From: Penicillus capitatus
Lineage: Eukaryota; Plantae; Chlorophyta
Length of the DNA stretch: 64,000 bases
NCBI GenBank assembly: GCA_965649825.1
Contig: OZ287694.1
Location: forward strand, 124,001 to 188,000
Reading direction: 5' to 3'
Shown here in pieces: positions 1-12,349 of this stretch. Position 1 is the first letter of the stretch. Each line of letters starts with the position of its first letter. Under the pieces are notes generated by a model, which was not told where the DNA came from, ran no database searches, and was given only the letters and a program-made list of their open reading frames with translations. A program made the translations under genes and the position numbers.

Positions 1-98
1 GACTCGTCCAACCAGTGCAGCTTGATGTCGCTGGTGCACGGTGGACAGAAACATTAGCTGTCGTTTGAGATGCACATCAGCCACATTAGGTCTCTTCG

Positions 99-2644
<2,546 letters not shown>

Positions 2645-2762
2645 CATCGTTTCCTTCATGCCTCTGAGACGCGACGCGTGACCGGGATCGAAACGAGCGC
2701 GTTGGTGCGTGCGTTGGCGCGTCGTGGAGGGCTCGGTGCGGCAGAGGTTTTTCAAAATGTAT

Positions 2763-2835
2763 TGGACCTTCGGGGTATCGATCCCCGTACCTCTCGCATG
2801 CGAAGCGAGCGCTCTACCATTTGAGCTAAAGGCCC
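2763..2835 (-). tRNA. trnA-CGC: tRNA-Ala (anticodon CGC), 73 nt, no intron
   Basis: Minus strand GGGCCTTTAGCTCAAATGGTAGAGCGCTCGCTTCGCATGCGAGAGGTACGGGGATCGATACCCCGAAGGTCCA. It folds as a cloverleaf with the G3:U70 alanine identity pair and has a T4 run shortly downstream. Confidence 0.96.
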
Positions 2836-2960
2836 AGTCAGACGTGTTCACTATCGCCCCTTCAGTCAATACCGCATAAGATGGGCAGACAGTTGGACAG
2901 ACATCATCGTCTCGCACATTTACAACGACGTGTCACAACGCCACGTCTCACACAATTGTT

Positions 2961-3785
2961 TCAGCCAAACAAATTATCCGGGTCGAAATCTGTTGGCGGC
3001 CTTGGCGGCGCCAAATCTGGATGATAACGGCGGCGCTGCTGCTGGAAATCGTCCGGGAAGTATCCTGGCATTCCAGGTGGACCAATCGGATCGTAGCGCA
3101 CGCCGCCGCCGTTTCTCCCAGGCAGCATCATCTCTGGATGGCGCAGATGTGGGGCAAAGCGTGGATCGTTCAAGCCCACGTGATTTCCGCCGCCGATGCC
3201 GCCAGCCAATGGGATCCTTTCCGGTCGCTCTCCCAGAATCCCGCGCTGCGCCGGTTCCATCAAAGGCGATGGACGTGGCGGCGGTGTGACCACAACCGGC
3301 GGCGGCTGGCGGCGCTCCTCCTCTTTCACCTTAAATTCACCCAAAGACGCCACAAACTTCTCGACCAATGCATCCAGCGATACATATCCTTCAAGCACAT
3401 CTTCAGCGTCCGTCGTCACTTCTGCGACGTCGATGTTAAGCGTCCGTGGCTGCGCATCGGCTCCTTCCCGATACAGCGATGCGCAGACGACCATGAGGTT
3501 GCCCATGGCAAGGCACTTGACCAGCACGGGCTCCAGTTCGTTGGCCCCTGCGTAGCCGAAGATGTACAATTCGCCGTGGTCGTTCCACCCATCCAACGCC
3601 ACTTCTGGCGGATTCTCCGTCGTCAGCGTTTCATCGCAGGCTGGTCCGACACCGACAAGCGTATACCCTTGGCAAAGGTAGTAGGTATGGACGGCATAGG
3701 CCACACGATCTTGACGTCGCCGAAATTGCGGACGGGCGACGCGGATAAGGGCCTTGAGGGCAGTCGACAGCTGAAAACTCGCCAT
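2961..3785 (-). CDS. PI31: Proteasome inhibitor PI31-like protein (intronless)
   Basis: N-terminus ALIRVARPQFRRRQDRVAYAVHTYYLCQGY resembles the plant PI31 FP domain. The Pro/Gly-rich C-terminus contains RYDPIGPPG. Confidence 0.85.
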   Translation of the reverse strand: MASFQLSTALKALIRVARPQFRRRQDRVAYAVHTYYLCQGYTLVGVGPACDETLTTENPPEVALDGWNDHGELYIFGYAGANELEPVLVKCLAMGNLMVVCASLYREGADAQPRTLNIDVAEVTTDAEDVLEGYVSLDALVEKFVASLGEFKVKEEERRQPPPVVVTPPPRPSPLMEPAQRGILGERPERIPLAGGIGGGNHVGLNDPRFAPHLRHPEMMLPGRNGGGVRYDPIGPPGMPGYFPDDFQQQRRRYHPDLAPPRPPTDFDPDNLFG

Positions 3786-3808
3786 TCTGTACGACAACGC
3801 AACGCGCC

Positions 3809-6800
3809 ATGCGAGCTATACGTGTGGAAGTGCGTCGTCTCTGTCGGGCAGTCCTCGACGGCGACGTCGAAGTCCAGACCGCCGCACAGCGTTTGAAGGA
3901 ACTGACCCGCCATGCCCGACACGAAGACCTATCCCTCGCCATCTCCTGTACCCTCTTCGCTCTGTGGGACCTATCCATGGAGAGCGACACGGAAACGTCG
4001 CAGCGGCCGTCGCGTGTGGCGCGACTCGCGCAGGAGCTCTGTCAGAACGGCACGCTGAATGAAGACGTCTGGTTGTCGACGACGGATTGGGATCTGCTCG
4101 ATGCGTCCAAGACGGTCGCGAGCGTCGAGAACGAGCGCCGCCGTGAGGTGCGCTTCTACACGCGTGTGGTCTACGTCCAGACGCGTTACAATCTTTTTTC
4201 CGAATGTCCGACGGGATTCGCTCGGCTCTTTTCGTTGCTGCAGCGACCGACGCTCAAAAACGTCGACGCCTTGCGGCATGAGCTCTGTCGTCTGGTCGGC
4301 GCGCTCAAAATCGAGCCGCATCGTGTGCTGGATACATTGCTGGAATTCTTGCCACCTCAAACGCATCCCTCCCATCGGCTTCTCTCCCTCTTCGATCCTC
4401 AGAAGACAGCGCATGTACTGGGGCGTAAGATTCAGCAAAGCTTGGCGGTGGCGAACAAAGAGGCAACGGAGACGGAGATCGAGCAGCGAGCGGATAAGCT
4501 GCCGAGGACAACGCGGATCGGTAAGGGTGAGGATCTGCGTGTGGCCAAGGAGCAATCCGTCGCAACAAAATCCGCCGGTGGCGGCGGTGGTGGCGGCGGC
4601 TCAGATCGCCGCATGACCCGACGTTATTTTCGTCTCTGTGCGGCGCTGGAGGTTCAGGGATTGGTGGATGTCTCCATCGTGTTTCGTTATTTTCCGTTGA
4701 CGTTGGATGAGACGCGCGCAAAGGCGCAGGCTTTTGTGCAGAGTCTCCGAGATGCGGCAAAGCTCCAGCGACGACCCAATCTCGGCGCGCCGTTGCCAGA
4801 TGAACGCAGTCGCATGACCGAGAAGGATAAGGACGTGCATTCCGTCCACCGAGATCCCAAAAAATTCTCTTACCAGCCGCATACCGTCCTGCAACTCGAA
4901 GCCGCCGCGCCGACAGCCGACGATCCTTATCTCCGTCTGGCGGCGGGGTTCTTAGAAACGACGCAGCCGGGGAGGGCGCTGCGGATCATGCGTGCCGTTG
5001 GCGATGTCTTCTGCAGCGATGTGAAGGAGGGATGCCTCGGTGTGGTCGAGCGCCTCGTGGATCCGTTCTTTCGTCGGATCTCGGCGTCGGCGCGATCCAT
5101 TGAGCGATTCTTGGACGATGTGAAGTCGCCGCTCTTCCCTTGTCTCCGCATCGCAGCACCGGCCGTGTTCGAATGGCTGTCCGTTGCCGGGTATCATCTG
5201 CATCACTCGCTGGATCTCTTTCGCAAGGCGGTGTTCGTTATGGCGCATGAACTGCGGTTCTACGGCCATCCCAGCTACTCGGCAGCTTCCATGACGCGAT
5301 TTCCGCCTCCGGCGGCGCATACGGCGGAGAGAATGATCTCGGCAGTGTTTCTCCCGGCGCTGCTGTTGATGGAGCAGAAAACGGGACTCTTGGCGGCGGC
5401 TTGGATCGATGGTCTGATCAAGCTCTGCTCGTACAGTGTGCGTATCATGATCGGCATCCATTTCGAAGAAGTGGTCGAGAAGACGGCGTTTCTCGACCGT
5501 TGCGTGGCCATGGCGGAAACGGCTGCGCGTCATCTGATCAAACTCCTGACCACGGCACAAAACTCCGAACTCTTCGAGAAAAGAGTCATACCGACGGTCG
5601 ATGCCTTGGGACGCATCGCCATCTCGGCGCCTTACCATGTACGCACACTCTTCGGCACGATAGGCGTGATGTGACTGGCGGCGCAGGTCACACGTATGGT
5701 TGTTCAGAAAGCCCAAGTGGATGCCTTGGCGATCAAAGATTTGACGACGTCCATGATGTTCTTGACGCCTTTGGCCTTCGGCGCCTTCTCCCACCACATC
5801 GTGATGACGATCGTGGCGTCGGGCGTCGAACGCAAACACAACGACGGTCGTATCTGTCCATGGTACAAGAACACGTTGACGTTGATGGGACATGTGGCCC
5901 ACGACTATCCCGATCTGCTGTCGCTGCACTTCATTCTGCAGAATGCGCTGAAAGAGATTTCGAACGCCGACGTCATTCATACGCACGTGCTGCGCGAGAT
6001 CGTGCATTTTATGACAGGCTTCCAGCATTGCTCGGAGATCGGGAACAGTCAGTTCTCGACGCTCTCCGGCGGTCCAATGCTCAAGAGCATCGGTCTGGTG
6101 ACGCCTTGGCAGAAAGATGAAGCGGGTTACAACGCCTCTGCTATTGCCCTCAAACGTACTCTGAGTCTGCTGCCGCGTAACCAGCGATCAGAAGAAGCTG
6201 CGCAGAAGCTGACATTGGGTGGACACATGTTTGTGTTGCTGATTAAGTTCATGGACTACATTCCGATCCGAGGGGACTTCTCAGACGTCACATCCATCAT
6301 GGAGATGCATTCCGTCGTCCACGGGACCTTCCTCGCCGTACGTCTCACTCTTTTTGACAAGCGACGTCTCACTTCTTTCCTCGACGTCTGCCATAGTTTA
6401 TGGAATTTCTGTCGGTCTACTGTACGGCACAGGAGTATGGGGAGATGCTGCCGCCCATGCGTTATGTCCTCAACGAACTGAAGCTTCCGATGCACTTCGT
6501 GGCGCATCTCTATCGTCCGTCGATCGCCGAACTGAAGGTCCTGCAGCGACAGGAGCCTCGGATTCCGGCGCCGCCAGATCGAAACGCCATCGGACATCTG
6601 CAAAAAATCCTCCGGCAGCTCCAGACGTCGCTCTCCGATGCCGAAATGGAAAACGCAAGCACGACAGAAGACACGCAACGCAAGGAACTCGTCAAAGCGC
6701 TCGAACGCGCCGGACTGGGCACGATCGACCCTCTCCTCTTCCAAAGTAACCGTCGCCGTATGTCACACTTTCTCACACATCTCCTTTGCAGAATACGGCA

Positions 6801-8366
6801 TGTCCACACTTCGATCGTTCTACGATTTCGTGGAAGACATCCGACAGAACGAGGCGTTTCAGAGCAAGGCCGTCTGGGATGTCATGTCTCCCGAGTTCTA
6901 CGCTTTTTTCTGGAGCTTCAAACTGAACGACATCACCGTGTCGGAGACGGTCTACAAGAAGCAGACGGATCAGATTCAGGAAGAGCTCAACGCTCACGAG
7001 CGAGAATCGCGTTCCGAACACCTCATCCATCAACTGCAGCACAAACTCGCCTCGATCAAGGCCGAACGCGAGCAGCAGGGGAGCCACGTCAAGTTCTGTC
7101 GCAGTTTTATCCGTTCCCGACAGCGACATCTCTTGGCGCACGTCCCGACAGAAAAACTCCGAAGCTTTGTCGACGCCTTTCTGCAGCTCTGCCTCTATCC
7201 TCGGATCCGACTGGGCCACGAAGATGCGCTCTTTGCTTTTGAGTTTATTCTGCTCCTGACGAAGACCGGCGCGCGCAATTTCCCCACGCTGTTTATTCTG
7301 GACAAAGTGGTCAAGGAGCTCTTTCCGTGTCTCATCTGTATGACGGACAACGAGGCAGAAGGGTTCGCCAACTTTATGTACGAGTTTTTGCGCCAGGTGG
7401 AAAGATGGCGATCGAATACGGAGCTCTTTACGAAGGAGTTTGGATCGATGCCCGGAGCGCTGGAAACGCCGTACGTGCAGGGCTCCACCGACTACATCAG
7501 CCACCGTGATTTTCTCAAAGTCATGGCCAAGTGGTCCAACGTCATCGCGCGTGTACTTAAGGAGTGTCTACAGCCGCCGGTAGGCAGGACACGTTCTGAG
7601 ACGGTGCAGGACGTGGTGTGGTTTGCAGGAGAGTGAGCAGAGAGGACAGGAGAATGTCGATCCTGTCAAGCATCGTAAGATTATGCGTCGTCCAGCTCTG
7701 CTCGTGCTCGATCGTCTGATTCCGATTTTTCCGACACTGACTGGACTGGCCAAGCACCTCCACGCGGCGCTGGTTTACGTGACGGAGTACGATACCGATG
7801 AAGGGATGAAGACGTCGGCTCAGGCGGCGCTGGCACGACTGACGCTAGAAATGGAGAGTCAGCGTCCGGGACGATGGCTGGAGCTGGATGCATATAACAT
7901 CAATACGAGTAATCCGGAGACGACGGTGCCGACGTCGTCCGCTCCGTCGATGGAGATCGATCCTGTCAAGCCGGAAGAGATCAAGATGACAGAGGCCGTT
8001 TCAGAAATCAAGAGTCCGCCGCCAATCGTGGCGGCTCAAGAGGGAGACGATATGGAAGAAGGCCTGATCCCGAGTTCGCATAAAGAGGAGGGGGAGTTGG
8101 GTAAGAGTGGCGGCGGACGGCGTCTGCGGGGACGTAAAGTGAATGTCGATGAGGTCGAGCACCGAAGCAGTGGACGCAAACGGACGGCGGCGAAGCTGGA
8201 TGGCGCCAGTCCTCCGGTGCCAGATCCGCCGCCACCCTCGCGCAAGGGCGGCAATGTTCGCGAGGATCCCAAACGCAAACGCGAGGCGCCGAATCGTCCG
8301 GAAACGAACATAGAACAGCGACGTCTGAGAGGGCCACGGCGCGACGATGCTCGGAGAAAGTCCTGA
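3809..8366 (+). CDS. THO2: THO complex subunit 2 (multi-exon)
   Basis: EVRFYTRVVYVQTRYNLFSECPTGFARL, LVGALKIEPHRVLDTLLE, FYAFFWSFKLNDITV, FLQLCLYPR, CMTDNEAEGFANF, and a basic low-complexity tail. GT-AG introns join ORFs 3809/5696/6400/6638/7623. Confidence 0.9.
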
Positions 8367-8373
8367 ACGATGT

Positions 8374-9633
8374 TTAGCAGTCAAGGCGTTTCGCCATGAG
8401 CTTGCAGTTGGATGCTTTTGTGTGTCCTTTGGAGAGGCTTTTGAAATCTTCTGTCGACGATTCTGGATAGACGTAACTACAGACGGGTCACATCATTTGG
8501 TGTTTGACGTCGATAGGCGGTTGGCACCCGAGTTTGGTGTAGAGATTGTAGGCGGCGACGTTTTCTTCTTGGCAATGTAGGGCGATACCCCAGCAGCCCC
8601 ATTTGGCGGCAATGTGCTCGGCAGCTTCGACCAATCGACGACCAATGTACTGCCGGCGAAAGTGTGGAGAAACGGCCAGATTGCTTAGATACGCGCATCC
8701 TACGGTTAGAAGAAGTGTGACATTTGATGTGACGGATCGTACGATGTGTGACCTGTTTCGCGCCGCCACTTTCGCTGTCCGTTGCGCATGACGGGTCGAG
8801 CAGGGAGATTGATACCGGTGGTGTCCACATTGAGCGCTCCATACACGCCCATCTCCAAATGCGTCCTGCCAATGCCCTCGCACACCTAGACACTGACGCG
8901 TTGCCGGGATGGGCATTCAGGCCAAGGGGTAGACACATCAGGGGGCAGAATCCATCTCCAGACGATATCGGCCAGTCCTTGCATCGCCGGCAGCTCCTTT
9001 ACCTCACGCCGAGCAACGAGACAGGCAAATCTACAAAACAGCGATGCTCTTGACGCAGTCCATGACCGAAAGGAAACCGCGTGCCAGTCTTGTGCGCATC
9101 GTGATCTTGTCCATCGAGCAGAGCGAGCACCCGTTCGAACTTGATCCAGGGATACAAGAAAGAGGACGCCTTGGGATAGAAGGCAGCCACGTGAACGTCG
9201 GCCACAGCCCAGAGCTCCTGTCAAGTTGCGCTCCTCAGTAACGTTGATCTGCAGGATCCAACCTTAGGCGTGGCGATGCGCACGGAGTAATCGGCATCCG
9301 TTGCCGTGACGGCGGCCAGAGGAGGCCGGCGGCTTCGGGAAGGAGGCTGTCCCAACGTGTAGACATAGCTACAGCATTTGTGTGACGTGCGTTCGCGTCC
9401 CCTGGAACCGTAGGCCTTGTGAGGGAAGAGGTGAAGAGGGGGAGGACTTTCTGAAGGTGGTCTGGACGACAAGGGAGGGACACAGAGCGGTCGACATAGA
9501 AAGAGGAACGGCAAAAACGACTCAGGCAGGGGTCGAACCTGCGACCTCCGGTTTCGTAGACCGGCGCTCTATCCATTGAGCTACAGAGCCAATCATCAGG
9601 ACACTGACCCACGTGTCCGTAGCTTTCTACCAT
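8374..9633 (-). CDS. GNAT-family N-acetyltransferase (multi-exon; 5' end uncertain)
   Basis: YLSNLAVSPHFRRQYIGRRLVEAAE acetyl-CoA motif, IALHCQEENVAAYNLYTKLGY, and N-terminal ELWAVADVHVAAF. Last exon ends RLDC-TAA at 8374-8376. The start is inferred through an intron at 9451-9608. Confidence 0.8.
9518..9590 (-). tRNA. trnR-ACG: tRNA-Arg (anticodon ACG), 73 nt
   Basis: Minus strand GGCTCTGTAGCTCAATGGATAGAGCGCCGGTCTACGAAACCGGAGGTCGCAGGTTCGACCCCTGCCTGAGTCG, followed by a TTTTT Pol III terminator. Confidence 0.96.
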
Positions 9634-9819
9634 CGACTTCCGCTGTACATAAAGTCAACAAACCTTTGCACATCGGCATCCACTCCGAACTGTTGCTCAA
9701 CAGGGTCTCGGCATTGAGTCCTCCACGACGACGGTTATGACAATCGACGGATGCATCCAGGAGGTCACCCTTTGGAGACAACCAGCCGCCATTTGAGATG
9801 GCTGCGAGTGGAGGATGGC

Positions 9820-10300
9820 ATGGGTACATGAACGCGCTCATCGATGACAGGAGGCTGCTCGCTCGTCCTGTGAGGCATCCTCTGGTAACATGAAAGAATC
9901 GAAACGGAGATACTGGATAGCAGCATTTATCCATTTGGAGATCATCAACTGGGCTGACCCACGAGTGGGTCAGTGGGCGGGTCAGTGCTTGGTAGGGAGG
10001 AGTGGACTTGTAGATTTGTGTGGGCTTCCCAGTAACGGCCGTATCCAAAAGTGCTGCGAAAGAGAAACATGAAGCCGACGATGAGGGCAGAGGTCTGGAA
10101 GGGGTAGGGATGACGCCACCATGTTCGAGCCGTGCTGACGTCGTCAAAGTTGGCCGCGTTACCGACGGTGCGTTCCAGAACGAGGGTCAGTCCACCGCTG
10201 GCGACCGCAAAGGGCAATGTTCGCGGCAATGCTAAACCGTAGAGTCTGAAGAACAGACCGAGATCCCAGTATCGCTTCTCGTAGAGAATCGTCGGAGCAA
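9820..10300 (-). pseudogene. Bestrophin-like (algal/plant RFP-TM type) 5' fragment, truncated
   Basis: ILYEKRYWDLGLFFRLYGLALPRTLPFA...HPYPFQTSALIVGFMFLFRSTFGYGRYWEAHTNLQ, an intron, then LMISKWINAAIQYLRFD and an in-frame TGA. No clear ATG and no downstream TM exons were found. Confidence 0.6.
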
Positions 10301-10524
10301 CTCAGCGTGAAAAGACAGGTCATATCAAGACCGTCCACGAAAGATCTTCTGCGCGACGTTCAGATCTAACGAACAATTCTCGATCTCTATCACAAGGTAA
10401 GAGAGCCGTGCGAGAATTCCAACACAACGTCCTTTCATTACACAACCCTGAATATGTTCAGCAAGAGCGTAAGGAAAGGGGCCTGTGTTTTTGAGCTGCA
10501 GTTAACAAGAGGTCACCCCGATGA

Positions 10525-12057
10525 TTATACTGACCCAATGGTTCCGTCGTCAATGAAGATACTGTCGTCATCATCCACCGTGACGTTCCTCTCAGCGAAA
10601 AAGTTCATCACGGTGTCGGGGATGGGACGCGCATTTGGGAATCGTTGCTTCCATCCGAGATGTTCCAAAGCGGGTAGCTTGCCAAACGCATCCTGCATTC
10701 TCATCCAAAACAGATCGTCTTCGAGGCTGTCCCTGTTGTAGATGTTAATATCTTCGAGACCGGACAGAAGTGTGAGATGGTCACAGCAGTGGCGGCGGGT
10801 ATCATCTTTTTTGATGACGATGCCAAGTTTCTTCAACGAAGGCATCACCCTTGCCGCAAAGAGTCCCGCGTACACCCAGTCCATATCGATGGTCCACAAA
10901 GTCACTCGTGGCAAAAGAACGTTGTGCATGTCGATCTCAAAGAAGGTCGGTTCGTTGCCTAGGTGCATACGAATCTGCTGCAGATGTCGGAAGTCTATTG
11001 ACAGCCGTCGAAATACCCTCGCCGTTATCGAGTAGCCGATAACACTCAATGACGTCAGACTCTCAGTCAGCGGCATGTTTATCTCGTTACACCTGTTCAA
11101 AAAGAAATGGCGCACTCTCTCAAGGCACGGGCTCTGGACGCCAATCGTAACGGTCTTTTCGGGGAAAATGCCTCGGAGCTCCTCTTCCATTCTCGGATTG
11201 TAGATGGAGAGCAACGCCAGACTCCTGATGGTACGAAGCGGATAGAGGGACACATCAGTGTTCGTGTGCGAGAGGGCCAGTGCCGTCAGCTGCGTCATGC
11301 GGGAGACAAAGTCGACGCTTGTGGGATTCGACGCTACCGACAGACGGAGTTTCTTCAGACCAGAGCAGTATTCAATGGCAGACAGTCCATCAACGTCTGT
11401 GACTCTTGAAAAGATTTCCAGCGTTTCCAGACCGGTCAACAAAGAGACGCAATTAAAACATCGGCTCACCGAGAAGTCGTCGGTAATCGAAAGGCGGCGG
11501 AGCTGCGTCATCTTCCCTAGAGATCCGATATCGAGCATCTCTCCTTTGCCGTTTTCGACGTAAAACAGCCGCAGATCGGTAACGTTCACGAGCTGCGTAA
11601 GGGCATCCAATTCGCTCTGCTTCAGAACGCATTGCGCGAGCTCCAGACGTCGCAATGACGATCTCCACATCTGTATTCGGCGTGGAACTCTTTCTGCACG
11701 ATCGGTAGAGAAAACAAAGAGAGATTGCAGGTTGGGCAACAGTTTCTGCGCCCAGATGGAGAAGAAAAACAGAAGCCGTCCATACTGTGGATAATAGGCC
11801 AAAGACGTCACGTTGCTCTCTCGGCATATTCTCCGAAGGCTGCGGCAAAACGGGCCAATTGGCATCATACGTGTAGAGAGATGCAGTCCATCAGCATCGA
11901 CGGCCCATCGCCAGTGTTTGCACACCATCCGCAAACGCGGAGCTATGCGCCGCCAGCAATTCTTATCCTTGAGGATGCGAGCGACGCGCCCGAACACGTC
12001 TCTATCAATCGTCGACCATCTTCCTATCTTCTCCTGTGGTCTTTTCCGAATGAACAT
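10525..12057 (-). CDS. F-box/leucine-rich repeat protein, paralogue 1 (intronless)
   Basis: F-box-like WSTIDRDVFGRVARIL...LRMVCKHWRWAVD followed by many LxxLxL repeats. First ATG is at 12057. Confidence 0.8.
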   Translation of the reverse strand: MFIRKRPQEKIGRWSTIDRDVFGRVARILKDKNCWRRIAPRLRMVCKHWRWAVDADGLHLSTRMMPIGPFCRSLRRICRESNVTSLAYYPQYGRLLFFFSIWAQKLLPNLQSLFVFSTDRAERVPRRIQMWRSSLRRLELAQCVLKQSELDALTQLVNVTDLRLFYVENGKGEMLDIGSLGKMTQLRRLSITDDFSVSRCFNCVSLLTGLETLEIFSRVTDVDGLSAIEYCSGLKKLRLSVASNPTSVDFVSRMTQLTALALSHTNTDVSLYPLRTIRSLALLSIYNPRMEEELRGIFPEKTVTIGVQSPCLERVRHFFLNRCNEINMPLTESLTSLSVIGYSITARVFRRLSIDFRHLQQIRMHLGNEPTFFEIDMHNVLLPRVTLWTIDMDWVYAGLFAARVMPSLKKLGIVIKKDDTRRHCCDHLTLLSGLEDINIYNRDSLEDDLFWMRMQDAFGKLPALEHLGWKQRFPNARPIPDTVMNFFAERNVTVDDDDSIFIDDGTIGSV

Positions 12058-12349
12058 TCCTGTTGTATAAACACACGACTCGTAAAGACGACTGGACACG
12101 TTACTTTGCAGTCACATCACCGCTGTCGGAAAACCGTAGACAGTCCGTACGTCTCGCGCAGGCGATCTTGACTCCGTCGTTGGTTAGAAAACGGTTTACG
12201 TAATCCACCGTCGCAGGGGACAACAGATAAAATGCTTCGATCCATCCAACTACATGTACGCGTTTTCAGAAAAAAGTTGAGATATCACAACAGTACGCGG
12301 TTCGGGTGACTGAGTGTCGCTCACGGGGACAACGGAGTTCACGTCGACA

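Noticed and set aside
4952-6028. Long antisense ORFs (also 47772-48812, 52341-53177, 53351-54166, 58514-59665, 27554-28264)
   Set aside because: Shadow frames opposite GC-rich coding exons, with no independent motifs.
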